Made by a program: the position numbers and the translations under genes. Below the pieces are notes generated by a model that was not told the DNA's origin, did no database searches, and was given only the letters and a program-made list of their open reading frames with translations. A stretch of DNA of 64,000 nucleotides, from positions 32,001 to 96,000 of the forward strand of contig CAWHCF010000047.1 in the NCBI GenBank assembly GCA_963827655.1, given 5' to 3'. The DNA comes from an uncultured Acidobacteriota bacterium. Its GTDB lineage: Bacteria > Acidobacteriota > UBA6911. Positions within the stretch are counted from its first letter, which is position 1, and every line of letters begins with the position of its first letter. This document shows positions 54,645 to 64,000 of the stretch, in pieces.

Positions 54645-54686
54645 CCGACGTTCTACCCGCAGAGAGGAAAATACCGAACAGCCAAC

Positions 54687-54701
54687 GCAATTAGCATGCC
54701 A
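54687..54701 (-). promoter_or_regulatory. Sigma-54 promoter for the kinase/regulator operon
   Basis: TGGCATGCTAATTGC, 42 nt upstream of the ATG. Confidence 0.65.
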
Positions 54702-55146
54702 CGAGCGCTGTTCCTAATCAGGACTTTTGAATCTCTTTAATCCTTGAATCTTAACGCATTCTGATTCTTGCGCGCGAGCAGACGACGAAATTTTAATCCG
54801 AGTTCAACGACTTGCACAGTGCCATCCAACATTTTGAACTCAGCGAGCGTCCGGATCAACCCGAAACTGGCCGCGGAATCGCGACCCACGAAGTGCCGTC
54901 CTGACGGAACTGTCGCTATTGCGGTCGAGAGAGGACGCGCCGCTGCAGCTTCTACGAATCGGTACATAGACGACGGTAGCGCAGTCGACGTTCCTCCAAT
55001 TTCGTTCAGGGCAAGCGGCAAGACATGCGTTCGAGGCGCACCCTGCGATTTCTCAGGGTGATAATCGTCATCTGATGACCAACTCTCATCTCGTAGAAAA
55101 CCATCGCTAGGTACTGTTCGAGGCGTGGTACTGGACGCGGGGCGCC

Positions 55147-55198
55147 GGCAGCAAGCTGCCGCGGCACAAGGCGCAAGCAAGCTTGCACACTCCCAAAA
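55147..55198. repeat. REP-like element, copy 2
   Basis: GGCAGCAAGCTGCCGCGGCACAAGGCGCAAGCAAGCTTGCACACTCCCAAA. Confidence 0.8.
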
Positions 55199-55442
55199 GG
55201 CACGCCCCTACTTCGACGGGCCAGAAGGCCTCGTGGCGCGACCCGCGCATTTACCTGGGGCCTGTAGAACTGCGCCGCTTGGTCAGGCGCTACATGGGTC
55301 AGGAACGTCCGGTCACAAGCTGCGAACAGCGGCACCGACGACCGAGGCCCCTGTGGCCCCGGCCGTCATCCGGTCAGAAGGGTAAGCCGCATTGCGCAAG
55401 GGGCGGACTGAAGCGCCCGCGCAGATGCTATTTTCACGCCAG

Positions 55443-55740
55443 TTAGCGGCGGTAGATCTCGTAAATCGCCCCATGCGTGAGAGAAACCACAAAGAGATTG
55501 CCGTTCGGTCCGGTCAGGACACCCGTGCCCACGCCAAAGTCGCGGCCAATAAGCAGGGTCTCGCTCTCGGTAATCTCGTGCTTGGCAATATTGTCGGCCA
55601 CCCGGTCGTCCAACCGTGGATCGTCCACCGCGATTGTCCGTCGATTCCCGGTCAGCCTGAAGCGGAACAGGTAGCCGCCGGCCAAGAGAGGCGTCGCCGC
55701 CCCGACGAACAAGTTACCTTCGAACTGGCGGCCTAATGCC
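55443..55740 (-). pseudogene. C-terminal relic of a PQQ-dependent sugar dehydrogenase (GSDH-like)
   Basis: LGRQFEGNLFVG...FGVGTGVLTGPNGNLFVVSLTHGAIYEI; the 5' part is replaced by a MITE fragment. Confidence 0.7.
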
Positions 55741-55886
55741 CGGCTGCACGCTTGCGAAGCGCAAGCGACGAGCAACAAAGCAGGCTGCAGCCCGAAGGCG
55801 CGCGATCCCGAGAACGCCAGAGTGCGCGGCTTAAAACTGCCCGGCGAATCTCGGGCCACAATGTGAAGTATTTCTGCGCGAGCCCT
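55738..55886. mobile_element. Truncated MITE copy (right end only)
   Basis: Shares GCGCAAGCGACGA, GAGCAACAAAGC and AATGTGAAGT(T)ATTTCTGCGCGAGCCCT with 61015-61247. Confidence 0.75.
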
Positions 55887-55950
55887 GAGTGGCAGAGGTG
55901 CACCATTGCGGGCAGGGTGTGCCGGACGCGGGTAGCGTTGAACGAGGAGA

Positions 55951-57741
55951 CTAGAAAAGGTTGAGATTGAGGCCGAAGCGAACCGAGCGGGGATTTCGAG
56001 TCAGTATGAGCTCTCCATCGGTAGTTTGGAGCCGGTCTTTCCCCTGATCGAGCAGGTTGCGCACGTCGACGAGGGCCTCCCAGCGGCCAGGTGTTCCGAT
56101 GAATTCAGGAACGGGAATCGCCTGCCGGATAAAGAAGCTCATTCCCTTACTCGCGCTATCCTTTCGGTCCGAGAAAACGTCGATCGGACTCAAGGTAGTT
56201 CCAGGATACCAGCGAACGATTGTCGTCAGGTGCGTCCTGGTCCGGGGGAAGACCGCATCGAGCTGGCTGGTAAACGAATGGTAATAGGACTTTTGAATAT
56301 GATTCAGAAGATTGCGCGCCAGAAGGTCGCTCGTAACTGCATCGTCTGGAAGCGTTACGGCCGTCCCGGTACCGTAGACGTAAGCGATGGAGCCACGCAG
56401 AAAATCCAGTATGCTCCGGTTCATGGCGACTCGCACTCCATGCTGGTCGCTCTGGTCTTCTCTTAGTTGAGCCAGTTTTGTCTGCTCGTCCTTCTTGCTC
56501 ACGCTACGCACAAGGAAGGGAGTCCCCGGACCATCCAAGCGATCCTCGTATATCGCAACTTCAACCGTGGTGTCATCCGGCAGTGCCTTTGCCACCGAAA
56601 TCTCTTTATGCTGGTACCGGCTCACATAAAGCTCGCCATCGAGTTGAGCGATATACGTAGGCTCCATCATGCTCAGTACTTCGCCGTCCGGTAGCAACAC
56701 GCTATTGTTGTCGCTGATGCGCCGGGATGCCAGCCCGGCTTTGATTGCCCAGGTGTCGGCCGGAGTCACAGTGAGCTGGAAGAAGGGGCTGAAAACGCTC
56801 TTGGTTTCTCCATAGGAGATTCTCGACAAGTCAAACCCGTACTCGGCCTTTACAGGGTCGAGAATATTCGCGCTGGCTTCAAAACCAAGCCCCACGGTCT
56901 GAACTCCCGAATCCCGCAGGTAAGTCGAATCCCCGGTGAAGAACTGCGTTGGGCGTCCCAGGCTACTCATGCTGGGACCGTTCGAACCGAGGCGGCCATA
57001 GGCAAGCGACAGTTTATAGTCCCGCCCGTCCTCGGGTCTGTAGTTGTAAGTGTTCCGTACCCGCCAGAACGAGTCGTAGCCCGAGTTTACCTGACCCGAA
57101 AAGATCACGCGCCCATGTTCGCCAACCGGCTCCGCAAAAGCAAAATTCGAGACGATGCCGTTGCGGCCCTCGCTGGGAAACACCGAGTAGTTTTCGCTGC
57201 TCAGGCCGGCGCTGGAAGCAACATTCACAGTAGCGCTGCGGACGAAGCTGCTCGATTCACTCAAATTAGAGTCCGCGGCGGAAGACGCTTCGTTGGCTCC
57301 TTCGAGATGGCGGAAGATCAGCCGGCGGCTGGAGATGGTCCGCAATACAGTGTTGAAATCCCAGTTACGCGGATCGTCATCGGTAATCAGGTCGAGGAAT
57401 TGCTGGAGGACGATGTCTAGATTCGTAGTTTTCCCGGAAGTAATTTCAACGTCGGATCGTGTAAGGGGTTGATAGCCCTCGCGACTGACCTGCAGCTGGT
57501 AAGATCCCGGAGTCAGGTTAGCAAGAACGTAGGCGCCCTGCCGGTCCGATCGTGTAAAGGAGATTATCCCCCCTCTATAGTCTTCCTTGAAAATAGTGAT
57601 GATGGCCCCGAGTAAGCCTGTGCCATCCTGCGTAGTAACCTTGCCCGTAACACGGCCTCCGGGCTTCCCCCATAAAGCGCCCGGAAGGGAGAGGATCACC
57701 AGGGAACAGATGACAGCAAGCACTCGAGCACGTAGTTTCAT
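55951..57741 (-). CDS. Carboxypeptidase-regulatory-like domain outer-membrane beta-barrel protein
   Basis: Signal peptide, GRVTGKV, LTPGSYQLQVSREGY, C-terminal PRSVRFGLNLNLF. Confidence 0.75.
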   Translation of the reverse strand: MKLRARVLAVICSLVILSLPGALWGKPGGRVTGKVTTQDGTGLLGAIITIFKEDYRGGIISFTRSDRQGAYVLANLTPGSYQLQVSREGYQPLTRSDVEITSGKTTNLDIVLQQFLDLITDDDPRNWDFNTVLRTISSRRLIFRHLEGANEASSAADSNLSESSSFVRSATVNVASSAGLSSENYSVFPSEGRNGIVSNFAFAEPVGEHGRVIFSGQVNSGYDSFWRVRNTYNYRPEDGRDYKLSLAYGRLGSNGPSMSSLGRPTQFFTGDSTYLRDSGVQTVGLGFEASANILDPVKAEYGFDLSRISYGETKSVFSPFFQLTVTPADTWAIKAGLASRRISDNNSVLLPDGEVLSMMEPTYIAQLDGELYVSRYQHKEISVAKALPDDTTVEVAIYEDRLDGPGTPFLVRSVSKKDEQTKLAQLREDQSDQHGVRVAMNRSILDFLRGSIAYVYGTGTAVTLPDDAVTSDLLARNLLNHIQKSYYHSFTSQLDAVFPRTRTHLTTIVRWYPGTTLSPIDVFSDRKDSASKGMSFFIRQAIPVPEFIGTPGRWEALVDVRNLLDQGKDRLQTTDGELILTRNPRSVRFGLNLNLF

Positions 57742-57840
57742 AGACACAGGTCTTTCTGTGGGCAAACCTTCAGGGCCCGAATTGTAAAGATTTACCACAC
57801 CAACCCCGATAGTGTCAACACGATGAAGAGAACGCTTTAT

Positions 57841-57915
57841 CTTCGCGTCTTAGCGGTTAGCGACTAAAAAGAAAAGCCACCGCTAAGACGCAAAGAATGC
57901 GGAGAAGCGCACGAA
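57841..57915. repeat. ~9-nt-periodic palindromic element
   Basis: CTTCGCGTCTTAGCGGTTAGCG...ACCGCTAAGACGCAAAGAATGCGGAG. Confidence 0.75.
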
Positions 57916-57950
57916 GAGGAAGATGCGCTTCGGGCAAAAAAGGTTCACGA

Positions 57951-58814
57951 CTAAGGCAGCAGCCGACCGGCAAAGCCATCGACATGAATCCCGACTCGCC
58001 CTGGCATCACTTCTCGGGCCACCATGACGATGCGATCACGGTAGTTCACGCTGACCGAATCATTATCGACGCGGCTCATTGCTCCTGGGAGGGCGGTGTC
58101 AAACGTGCGCCGGCCATCGGGCGTCCCGTCTCCCTGGATGAAATGATCGATCACCACAGCATCGGCAACCTCAGAGATGCGTTTGAAAAAAGCGCGAGGC
58201 TGATCGATCGGAAAGAGAGGAGATACGGTGACCACTACCTTCAAGCCCACTCTGTGCAGCTCCGCGGCGGCTGCGAGCCGTTTTGCTACCGAACTCGCCG
58301 GAGGCGGCAAGCCGGGCAGCCGGTCGCGATCGCTCTCGACCGAGATATGAATCCGCAGCTCGCACCTCTCGGCAAGCAAACGATAGAGATCCGTGCAGGC
58401 AGTCACGCGGTGCGTGTGGGTCTGCAGGATCAAGAGGTCGGGCGGAAGTTCCCGCATGGTTTCCAGAACCTGTCGCGTGATTCGGAATCGGTCTTCCTGC
58501 GGAAGAAAAGGATCGGTAGAGCTCGACATAAAGATCCCGAATCGTCCGCGGCTCGCGCGCGCCCAGCTCCGCTCGGTCTCAAAGCGCTCGCGATACGAAT
58601 CCGCAGCGTTCGTCCGAACCTCCAGGAAGCTGCCCCAGCGATGGCCGCGAGTGAGAAAACTGTTGTGCTGCACATAGCAGCCGACCCCGCAGAGCGCGTT
58701 GCCGAAGGTGCAGCCACGATATGGCTGCAAAGAATGGGAGGATACGGTCGTCAGAAACCCGGTCGTGCGAGTCAGGATGCTGCGCACGGCGGTCTGGCTG
58801 ATTTGAACACCCAT
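57951..58814 (-). CDS. Radical SAM protein, SplB/spore-photoproduct-lyase-like family
   Basis: SLQPYRGCTFGNALCGVGCYV, MSSSTDPF, TVSPLFP. Confidence 0.8.
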   Translation of the reverse strand: MGVQISQTAVRSILTRTTGFLTTVSSHSLQPYRGCTFGNALCGVGCYVQHNSFLTRGHRWGSFLEVRTNAADSYRERFETERSWARASRGRFGIFMSSSTDPFLPQEDRFRITRQVLETMRELPPDLLILQTHTHRVTACTDLYRLLAERCELRIHISVESDRDRLPGLPPPASSVAKRLAAAAELHRVGLKVVVTVSPLFPIDQPRAFFKRISEVADAVVIDHFIQGDGTPDGRRTFDTALPGAMSRVDNDSVSVNYRDRIVMVAREVMPGRVGIHVDGFAGRLLP

Positions 58815-58881
58815 GTCCGTTCGCGTTTTACGCCTTCGCGATGGTTCTCATTTTTTCAGGAAACCGCCAGGACGCGAGTAA

Positions 58882-59370
58882 TCACTTCGTCGGCGGCGCC
58901 GCTGGCGCGCCGGCAGGCTCGATGTCGGCATGGAGGACTGTCGGTGTGCATGTCGATGTACCCCTCGGAAGGGCCTTCATCACGACCTGTTGCACTGAAA
59001 CGGTCTTTCCCGGCAACAGTGGATCGGAGATCAAGTGGGTCCTGGTTTCCAACGCCTTCCCTTCCTTTGTGAGGTAAGCGAACGCGAGCGTGATGTTCCG
59101 GTAAGCCGGCTCGCCATCATTTCGGACCACAACAAAGTGACTGGCATCAACGGTCCCGTCACTTGAAGATTGCGACAGTTCCATGGTCGCATCCACGATC
59201 TGGAGGTCTTTTGGACGAAGAACCCTCGTCAGTGTGGGTTTCGACTTCCGAACGTCTTCAACCGAAGGCGGCGCCGTTGAAGGAGTCTTTTCGGGGGCTC
59301 TGACGATCATCCAACCGAGCGCGAGCGCCAGGACCGCTGTCAATGTCAGGAAAATCAAGCGTCGGCGCAC
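58882..59370 (-). CDS. Exported hypothetical protein (FxLYD-like Ig fold)
   Basis: N-terminal TM; VRNDG..AYRNITLAFAYL..LLPG. Confidence 0.6.
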   Translation of the reverse strand: MRRRLIFLTLTAVLALALGWMIVRAPEKTPSTAPPSVEDVRKSKPTLTRVLRPKDLQIVDATMELSQSSSDGTVDASHFVVVRNDGEPAYRNITLAFAYLTKEGKALETRTHLISDPLLPGKTVSVQQVVMKALPRGTSTCTPTVLHADIEPAGAPAAPPTK

Positions 59371-59459
59371 AACAAATCACTCAGTCTGGTGTCAGGCCTT
59401 GAAAGTTTATTTCTCACGTTTCTTCTGGCATTCGATCCGCGTCAACAGGATCTGAATTC

Positions 59460-60719
59460 TCAAGGCGTGACGCTATCATCGCGCCTCCACGCAATATTAC
59501 CTCCAATCACGGTCGCTTCGCACTCGCCTGCCCCTTCCAGAATTTGAGACACCAGGTTCTTGGGCCCGGGATCATCCGTCAGCCGAAGGATCGTCATGTC
59601 GGCCCAATAACCCCGCCGGAGCCGTCCCAAAGCGCTGCCGAAACCGAGAGCAGCCGCGCCGTTGAGCGTAGCCATACGAAAGATTTCCACGGCCTTCAAG
59701 TCCTTTCGAGATCCGAAGAGAAACCTCATCTCGTCCAGGACGCTGAGCGAGTCGTTGCTCGCGAGAGAATCCGTCCCCAGAGCTACATTGACGCCGAGAT
59801 CGAGCAGCTCACGAACAGGGTGATCCTTGTGGCCAAAGAAATCGTGACTGCGCGGGCAATACACTACACTGCTTCGACTGCGCAGTATCTTCCTCATCGA
59901 ATCACTATCGAGGTAATTGCAGTGGATCAAGAGAACAGGGGTTTCCAGAATACCTGATTGCTCAAGATAACTCACGGGATCGACGCCTGGAGGAGTCCAG
60001 TCTTTCGGCCACGCATTCACACTCTTGAGAAAGGTCTTGATCGGCCCTGTTCCCGACCGGAGAAACTCCAGCTCCTCTCTGGTTTCGGCGAGATGGGTAG
60101 CCAGAGGGAGCTCCTTCTCCCGAGCCAGGCCGGCAATCGCGCGGTACAATTCCGGAGACACGGAATAGGGTGCATGCGGCGAGACGCCAATTCTCAAGAG
60201 TTTGTCGCGGCGTCCTCGCTTCAGGCGCGCTTGCAGTGACGCCAGGCTCTGGTTGACGTTTTCCGGCAAGAACGAAAGGGCTTCTTCGAAAACGACCTTG
60301 CGTAGAGTCAGCGGCTTCAGGGCCTCCCAGCTGACGCCGCTCGCGGAAATATCCGCGACCAGAGTGGTGCCCGAGGACAGGCACATCTGAGCGCCGACGC
60401 GCGCGGACTCAACGTATTCTTTCGCGGTCCATTCACGGCGCCGTTCGATAAGCTGCGAAATCCAATCGAAAAAGGAAGAGAAGCGGACAAGTTGTCCGTG
60501 CAGGCACGTGAGTTCCAGATGCGTGTGGGCGTTTACCAGGCCCGGGATCAACACGGCGGAGCCCCAATCGACGATCTCAGCTTCCAGAGTGGTCGGCGGG
60601 CCGTGCCACGGCTCGACCCGGGAAATGCGCCCGGGATCCGAAACATGCACCGTGGCATCCTGCAGAAGCAGATCGGCTTCAGCCAGGACGTACTTCGCTC
60701 GGTGAATCGTACGAATCAT
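59460..60719 (-). CDS. Metal-dependent amidohydrolase (nucleoside deaminase-like)
   Basis: PGLVNAHTHLE, SPHAPYS, THLAET, GTDSLASN. Confidence 0.9.
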   Translation of the reverse strand: MIRTIHRAKYVLAEADLLLQDATVHVSDPGRISRVEPWHGPPTTLEAEIVDWGSAVLIPGLVNAHTHLELTCLHGQLVRFSSFFDWISQLIERRREWTAKEYVESARVGAQMCLSSGTTLVADISASGVSWEALKPLTLRKVVFEEALSFLPENVNQSLASLQARLKRGRRDKLLRIGVSPHAPYSVSPELYRAIAGLAREKELPLATHLAETREELEFLRSGTGPIKTFLKSVNAWPKDWTPPGVDPVSYLEQSGILETPVLLIHCNYLDSDSMRKILRSRSSVVYCPRSHDFFGHKDHPVRELLDLGVNVALGTDSLASNDSLSVLDEMRFLFGSRKDLKAVEIFRMATLNGAAALGFGSALGRLRRGYWADMTILRLTDDPGPKNLVSQILEGAGECEATVIGGNIAWRRDDSVTP

Positions 60720-60754
60720 AAGTTTCAGTATTAGTAGCGATCGCGGGGAGGCTC

Positions 60755-60897
60755 AAAAGAAAAGGGCCCGAGTGAGGGAGTCTAAAGGAGACAGGCGCTC
60801 CAGCAAACTGGATTCTTGCCGTTGGCAGTCCTGACGCCCCCGCCTGAAAGTCTCGTAACGGGTACTTGGACCCAGACTTCCCACTCTCGGGCCTTTT
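60755..60897 (-). ncRNA. Candidate structured RNA, ~140 nt, family unassigned
   Basis: Long closing stem, nested helices, upstream TTGCAC-N17-TATATT and a 3' U-rich tail. Confidence 0.6.
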
Positions 60898-60900
60898 TGA

Positions 60901-60929
60901 AATATAAGCCGCTGCTCCTTGGGGTGCAA
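60901..60929 (-). promoter_or_regulatory. Sigma-70 promoter of the candidate RNA
   Basis: TTGCAC (60929-60924), 17-nt spacer, TATATT (60906-60901). Confidence 0.6.
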
Positions 60930-61014
60930 CAAGATTTTTGATCCGTGGGTTTCGAAGTGTCTTCGAGTCTTTGTGGTTAGCGCAGCCAAACAAAACCCGG
61001 CCTCTGAGACGCTC

Positions 61015-61247
61015 AGGGTTCGCGCAGAAATAAGTTTGCATTCTGCTGCAGGCCCCCAGGCCCGCTGGCGAGGCGCAAGCGACGATGCGTACCCGGTGCG
61101 GTACGTGAGGAGCGAGCAACAAAGCCAGCGGGCCTGCGGGCCGCAGCCCAAGGGGCGCGATTCCGAGCGTGCGCAGCTAAGGGAAACGGTTCATGATTGA
61201 CTACCGAGTCTCGCGCCAGAATGTGAAGTTATTTCTGCGCGAGCCCT
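61015..61247. mobile_element. MITE with 19-bp terminal inverted repeats
   Basis: AGGGTTCGCGCAGAAATAA ... TTATTTCTGCGCGAGCCCT (1 mismatch); ends lie in CTCAG / CTAAG contexts; no transposase. Confidence 0.8.
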
Positions 61248-61351
61248 AAGATACCGAGGAACTCATTCGTGCTTGGTCGCAAAGCCGGGCTTCAGTATAT
61301 TGGGTGGCTGTTGGTTTTCCTTGTTCAAGACACGGATGGTGGAGGAGGTTC

Positions 61352-62302
61352 ATGGCACTCTTTTTGCGCGAAGCCGATGTAGAGAAACTGGCGACGATGA
61401 CGATGGCGCTCGAATCAGTGGAGGAGGCATTTCATCTTCAGGGCGAAAACAAGGCGGAGAATGCCCCGAGGCGACGCCATCGAGTGGAGAAGGGATTGCT
61501 GCACGTGATGAGCGCGTCCCTTCCTACGTTGGGTCTGGCGGGACTCAAGAGTTATGCGACGGTCGCTGGAAAGGCTCGCTTTGAAGTCCTCTTGTACAAC
61601 GAGGACGGGAGTCTGCTGGCGGTTATGGAAGGAAACAAACTAGGCCAGCTGCGGACCGGCGCTGCCAGCGGCGTTGCCACAAAGTACATGGCGCGAAAGG
61701 AGGCCTCGCGCATCGGCATCTTAGGCACAGGCTGGCAGGCGCGCGCACAGCTTGAAGCCCTTTGCGCTGTCAGGCCGGCACAAACGATCGTGGCCTACGG
61801 CCGCGACTCCGGGCGCCGTGAGACATTCTGTAAAGAAATGACCGAAAAACTGGGCGTGGGAGTGTATCCGGCTGAAACGCCCGAAGAAGCCGTCAAGGAA
61901 ATGGATATCGTCGTTACCGCGACCACGTCAAAAGAACCGGTGTTTCAGGGGAGTTGGCTTTCCCCTGGGACTCACGTGAACGCCATCGGCTCAAACTTCA
62001 TGTCCAAGCAAGAAATCGATGTGGAAACGGTTCGACGCAGCGCGTGCGTAGTTGTGGATTCCCTCGAGCAGTCCAGAATCGAATCAGGCGACCTGGCCCG
62101 CGCCGCCGAGGCAGGGGCATTCTATTGGGAAGACGCGCGCGAGTTGGGCCTGGTCGTTACCGGCGAATTCCCCGGGCGTGAAGACGACAAAGAAGTAACC
62201 CTGTTCAAATCCCACGGAATCGCGCTCGAAGACGTCGCGCTCGCCGGGCGAATCTACCGCGCCGCCTTGAGCGCGCGCATCGGCGAAACACTCCCGCTTT
62301 GA
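61352..62302 (+). CDS. Ornithine cyclodeaminase/mu-crystallin family protein
   Basis: LRTGAASGVAT, GILGTGWQA, GTHVNAIGS, LFKSHGIALED; RBS GGAGG. Confidence 0.92.
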   Translation: MALFLREADVEKLATMTMALESVEEAFHLQGENKAENAPRRRHRVEKGLLHVMSASLPTLGLAGLKSYATVAGKARFEVLLYNEDGSLLAVMEGNKLGQLRTGAASGVATKYMARKEASRIGILGTGWQARAQLEALCAVRPAQTIVAYGRDSGRRETFCKEMTEKLGVGVYPAETPEEAVKEMDIVVTATTSKEPVFQGSWLSPGTHVNAIGSNFMSKQEIDVETVRRSACVVVDSLEQSRIESGDLARAAEAGAFYWEDARELGLVVTGEFPGREDDKEVTLFKSHGIALEDVALAGRIYRAALSARIGETLPL

Positions 62303-62383
62303 TTGCAGATTGCGGATTCGGATTGCGGATTGAAGCGGACTGGATTTTGAAATCTGCAATCCGCAATCGGAAAATCCGCAATT
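62301..62383. repeat. Heptamer inverted array of TGCGGAT/ATCCGCA type
   Basis: ATTGCAGATTGCGGATTCGGATTGCGGATT ... AATCTGCAATCCGCAATCGGAAAATCCGCAAT. Confidence 0.85.
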
Positions 62384-62388
62384 GGACC

Positions 62389-62448
62389 ATGATCATAATG
62401 AAGTTTGGCGGCACGTCTGTCGAAGATGCCCCGTCAATCGAGCGCCTA
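62389..62448 (+). pseudogene. First ~20 codons of an aspartate kinase
   Basis: MIIMKFGGTSVEDAPSIERL; then runs directly into the stop codon of the convergent DUF533 gene. Confidence 0.75.
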
Positions 62449-63108
62449 AGAAAGCTTGGATGCCTCGGTTATTTTCGCCGCCGCTTCCTGTTCCAGACGA
62501 TCCCTGGCAGCCGAGTCGAGCCCGAGATGGTGCGCCAGCTGGGCAAGATAGATTCTCTCGGCGCCGGACACACCCTCATCGGCCCGCACAATCGTGAATG
62601 CCAGCGTGTACAGATCCGCCCTGACCTGCGGATCGCTCACCCCCGAAACGATTTCAGCCAGGGACTGTGGATTCAGCAACTCCCGTTCGACCAGAGCCTC
62701 CGCGCCTATTTCGCGCGCATGACTCAGAATTCGTGCGGTCTCCTCGGCCGATAGCTCTCCATCCGCGCGCGCCGCGGAAATCGTCAAGCGAACCAGCCGG
62801 AGCACCGGGTCTGGAATCCCGGGAGGTTGGGAAGGCTCCACGCCGGCTGCGGCGCCGCCCGGCAAAGGTGGAGGAGAGGTTGGAGCCGGCGCGCCAGTCC
62901 CGCCGGCCGGAGCGGGGGCGGGAGGCGTGGTCTGGGCAGCGCTGGATTCGACCAGACCCCAGACAACGCCAACCGCCGTCAGCAAAGTGCTGGCATTCAA
63001 AAAGGAATTGCGCCCGCCGGTCAGAAACCGCGCCGCCCCGCGCCGGCGCTTTTTCCTGCTGAACAGGGCGTCTTGAATCAACGATCCAATCAGCTGTTCT
63101 GCGTCCAA
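62446..63108 (-). CDS. DUF533 (YebE/TerB-like) protein
   Basis: ISAARADGELSAEE, AERIYLAQLAHHLGLD. Confidence 0.85.
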   Translation of the reverse strand: MDAEQLIGSLIQDALFSRKKRRRGAARFLTGGRNSFLNASTLLTAVGVVWGLVESSAAQTTPPAPAPAGGTGAPAPTSPPPLPGGAAAGVEPSQPPGIPDPVLRLVRLTISAARADGELSAEETARILSHAREIGAEALVERELLNPQSLAEIVSGVSDPQVRADLYTLAFTIVRADEGVSGAERIYLAQLAHHLGLDSAARDRLEQEAAAKITEASKLS

Positions 63109-63168
63109 ATGGCCCCCCGTTTCACAGGAGCGATGCCACCTTCCTTAATTAACGCTTGTGGTGGCCCC

Positions 63169-64000
63169 CTAGTTGGTAACGCTCACGGGCTTGTCCGGAG
63201 TCACCGGAGTTGCCGTCAACAGCCCCTGGTACTGAATCAATGCCGTGGCGACAAACCTCCTGCCTCCTTGCGCCAGCAGGACAATGGATCCCCTGAAAGT
63301 TGTCCTGGCCGGCAGGTACTCGTGCAGGAACTTTGAAATCTGCCGCTGCGGACCGAGCGGATTCAGCTCCGGTGGACTGATCGTGTCCGTGGGGTGGCCC
63401 TCGGCATTCAGGACCACAATCCTGATGTTGATACCCTCATTGCTCGGGTTCGCGATCGAGAACCCGGTGAATCGACTCTGCGAAGAGCTATTGTCGACCC
63501 CGATAGTGGCGAATTCAACCGGTTGAGTGGCGAAAACTCCCGCAACGGATCGCAGAGCGCCTCCGTCCGACAATTGAAAAGTGCTGACGCCCGACAACCC
63601 GCTGCTGGCGCTCTCGAAGCGGGCCCAGCCGGTCCTGACTTGAAGAGGGGTCAGGCTCGTGGCAAGAAACACCCTGGTCCCTCCGGCTGGAACCGAAATG
63701 CCGAACGAAGAGCCATCGATGTTCGACGGGTTCTTCGGAAGGCTGAAGGCTGGAAGGAGCCTCGTTCAGGCTGACTACAAATGGATTCCCCAAACTATCG
63801 GTGAGGGCCAGGGTGCCGGTCGCCGCCGACGCGCCGAGATTATTAAGCGCAACAACCGTGGAATACCCCACGCCAGTGACGACCTGGGGAAAGTACAGAG
63901 AGGAAAACACCGTGATGGTAAAGTTCACAGAGTTCGAGTTGGCCGTCCCGGTCGCCACCCGCACCGTGGCCGTTCCCGGCTGCGCGATGTCCGGCGCCAG
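63169..64000 (-). CDS. C-terminal part of a large secreted beta-rich protein (frameshifted, starts outside the window)
   Basis: LYFPQVVTGVGYSTVVALNN, TGWARFES, TGFSIANP across ORFs 63515..63964 and 63169..63672. Confidence 0.65.

Noticed and set aside
54737-55440. ORFs upstream of the histidine kinase
   Set aside because: No family motifs and they cross a REP-like element; left unannotated.
58815-58850. LexA box upstream of the radical SAM gene
   Set aside because: TTC half-sites are present but the spacing does not fit N7.
60795-60845. c-di-GMP-I riboswitch, SRP RNA or hammerhead ribozyme
   Set aside because: Only partial words match (GCAAAC..GACGC, GTCAGG, CTGA..GAAA); required loops and core bases are missing.
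62299-62754. 151-aa ORF as a real protein
   Set aside because: It is a chimera of heptamer repeat, the aspartate kinase stub and DUF533 antisense.

Overview
GC-rich bacterial chromosome segment, most consistent with Acidobacteriota (inferred from gene content and an RTTC-N7-RTTC SOS box; not confirmed by search). About a dozen single-base frameshifts in otherwise intact genes suggest an unpolished long-read or MAG assembly. Left to right: a moxR-DUF58-batA/batB operon; a stress cluster (rhodanese, M50-CBS protease, DegP, Hsp20, phosphoribosyltransferase, DUF6496, tiny DnaJ-type zinc finger) with sigma-54 promoter matches; a stand-alone TIR-NACHT-WD40 (NLR-like) gene; an imuA-imuB-dnaE2 cassette beside a decayed udgX; LVIVD lipoprotein, stress protein, response regulator and iron permease; an M14 peptidase read through a heptamer repeat into a YwaF-like membrane protein; cyclic beta-1,2-glucan synthase; ECF sigma/anti-sigma/DUF4097; MacA/MacB-like and Yip1 genes; dppDF; eno; STAS; TPR; a PDZ-GAF-PAS kinase with an NtrC-type regulator; an outer-membrane protein; radical SAM; amidohydrolase; ornithine cyclodeaminase; DUF533. 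Intergenic DNA carries several repeat families (heptamer inverted arrays, ~9-nt-periodic palindromes, REP-like hairpins, a MITE), often abutting gene relics. The best leads are the NLR-like gene, a ~140-nt structured RNA with its own promoter (60755-60897) and the heptamer arrays that supply or remove stop codons.
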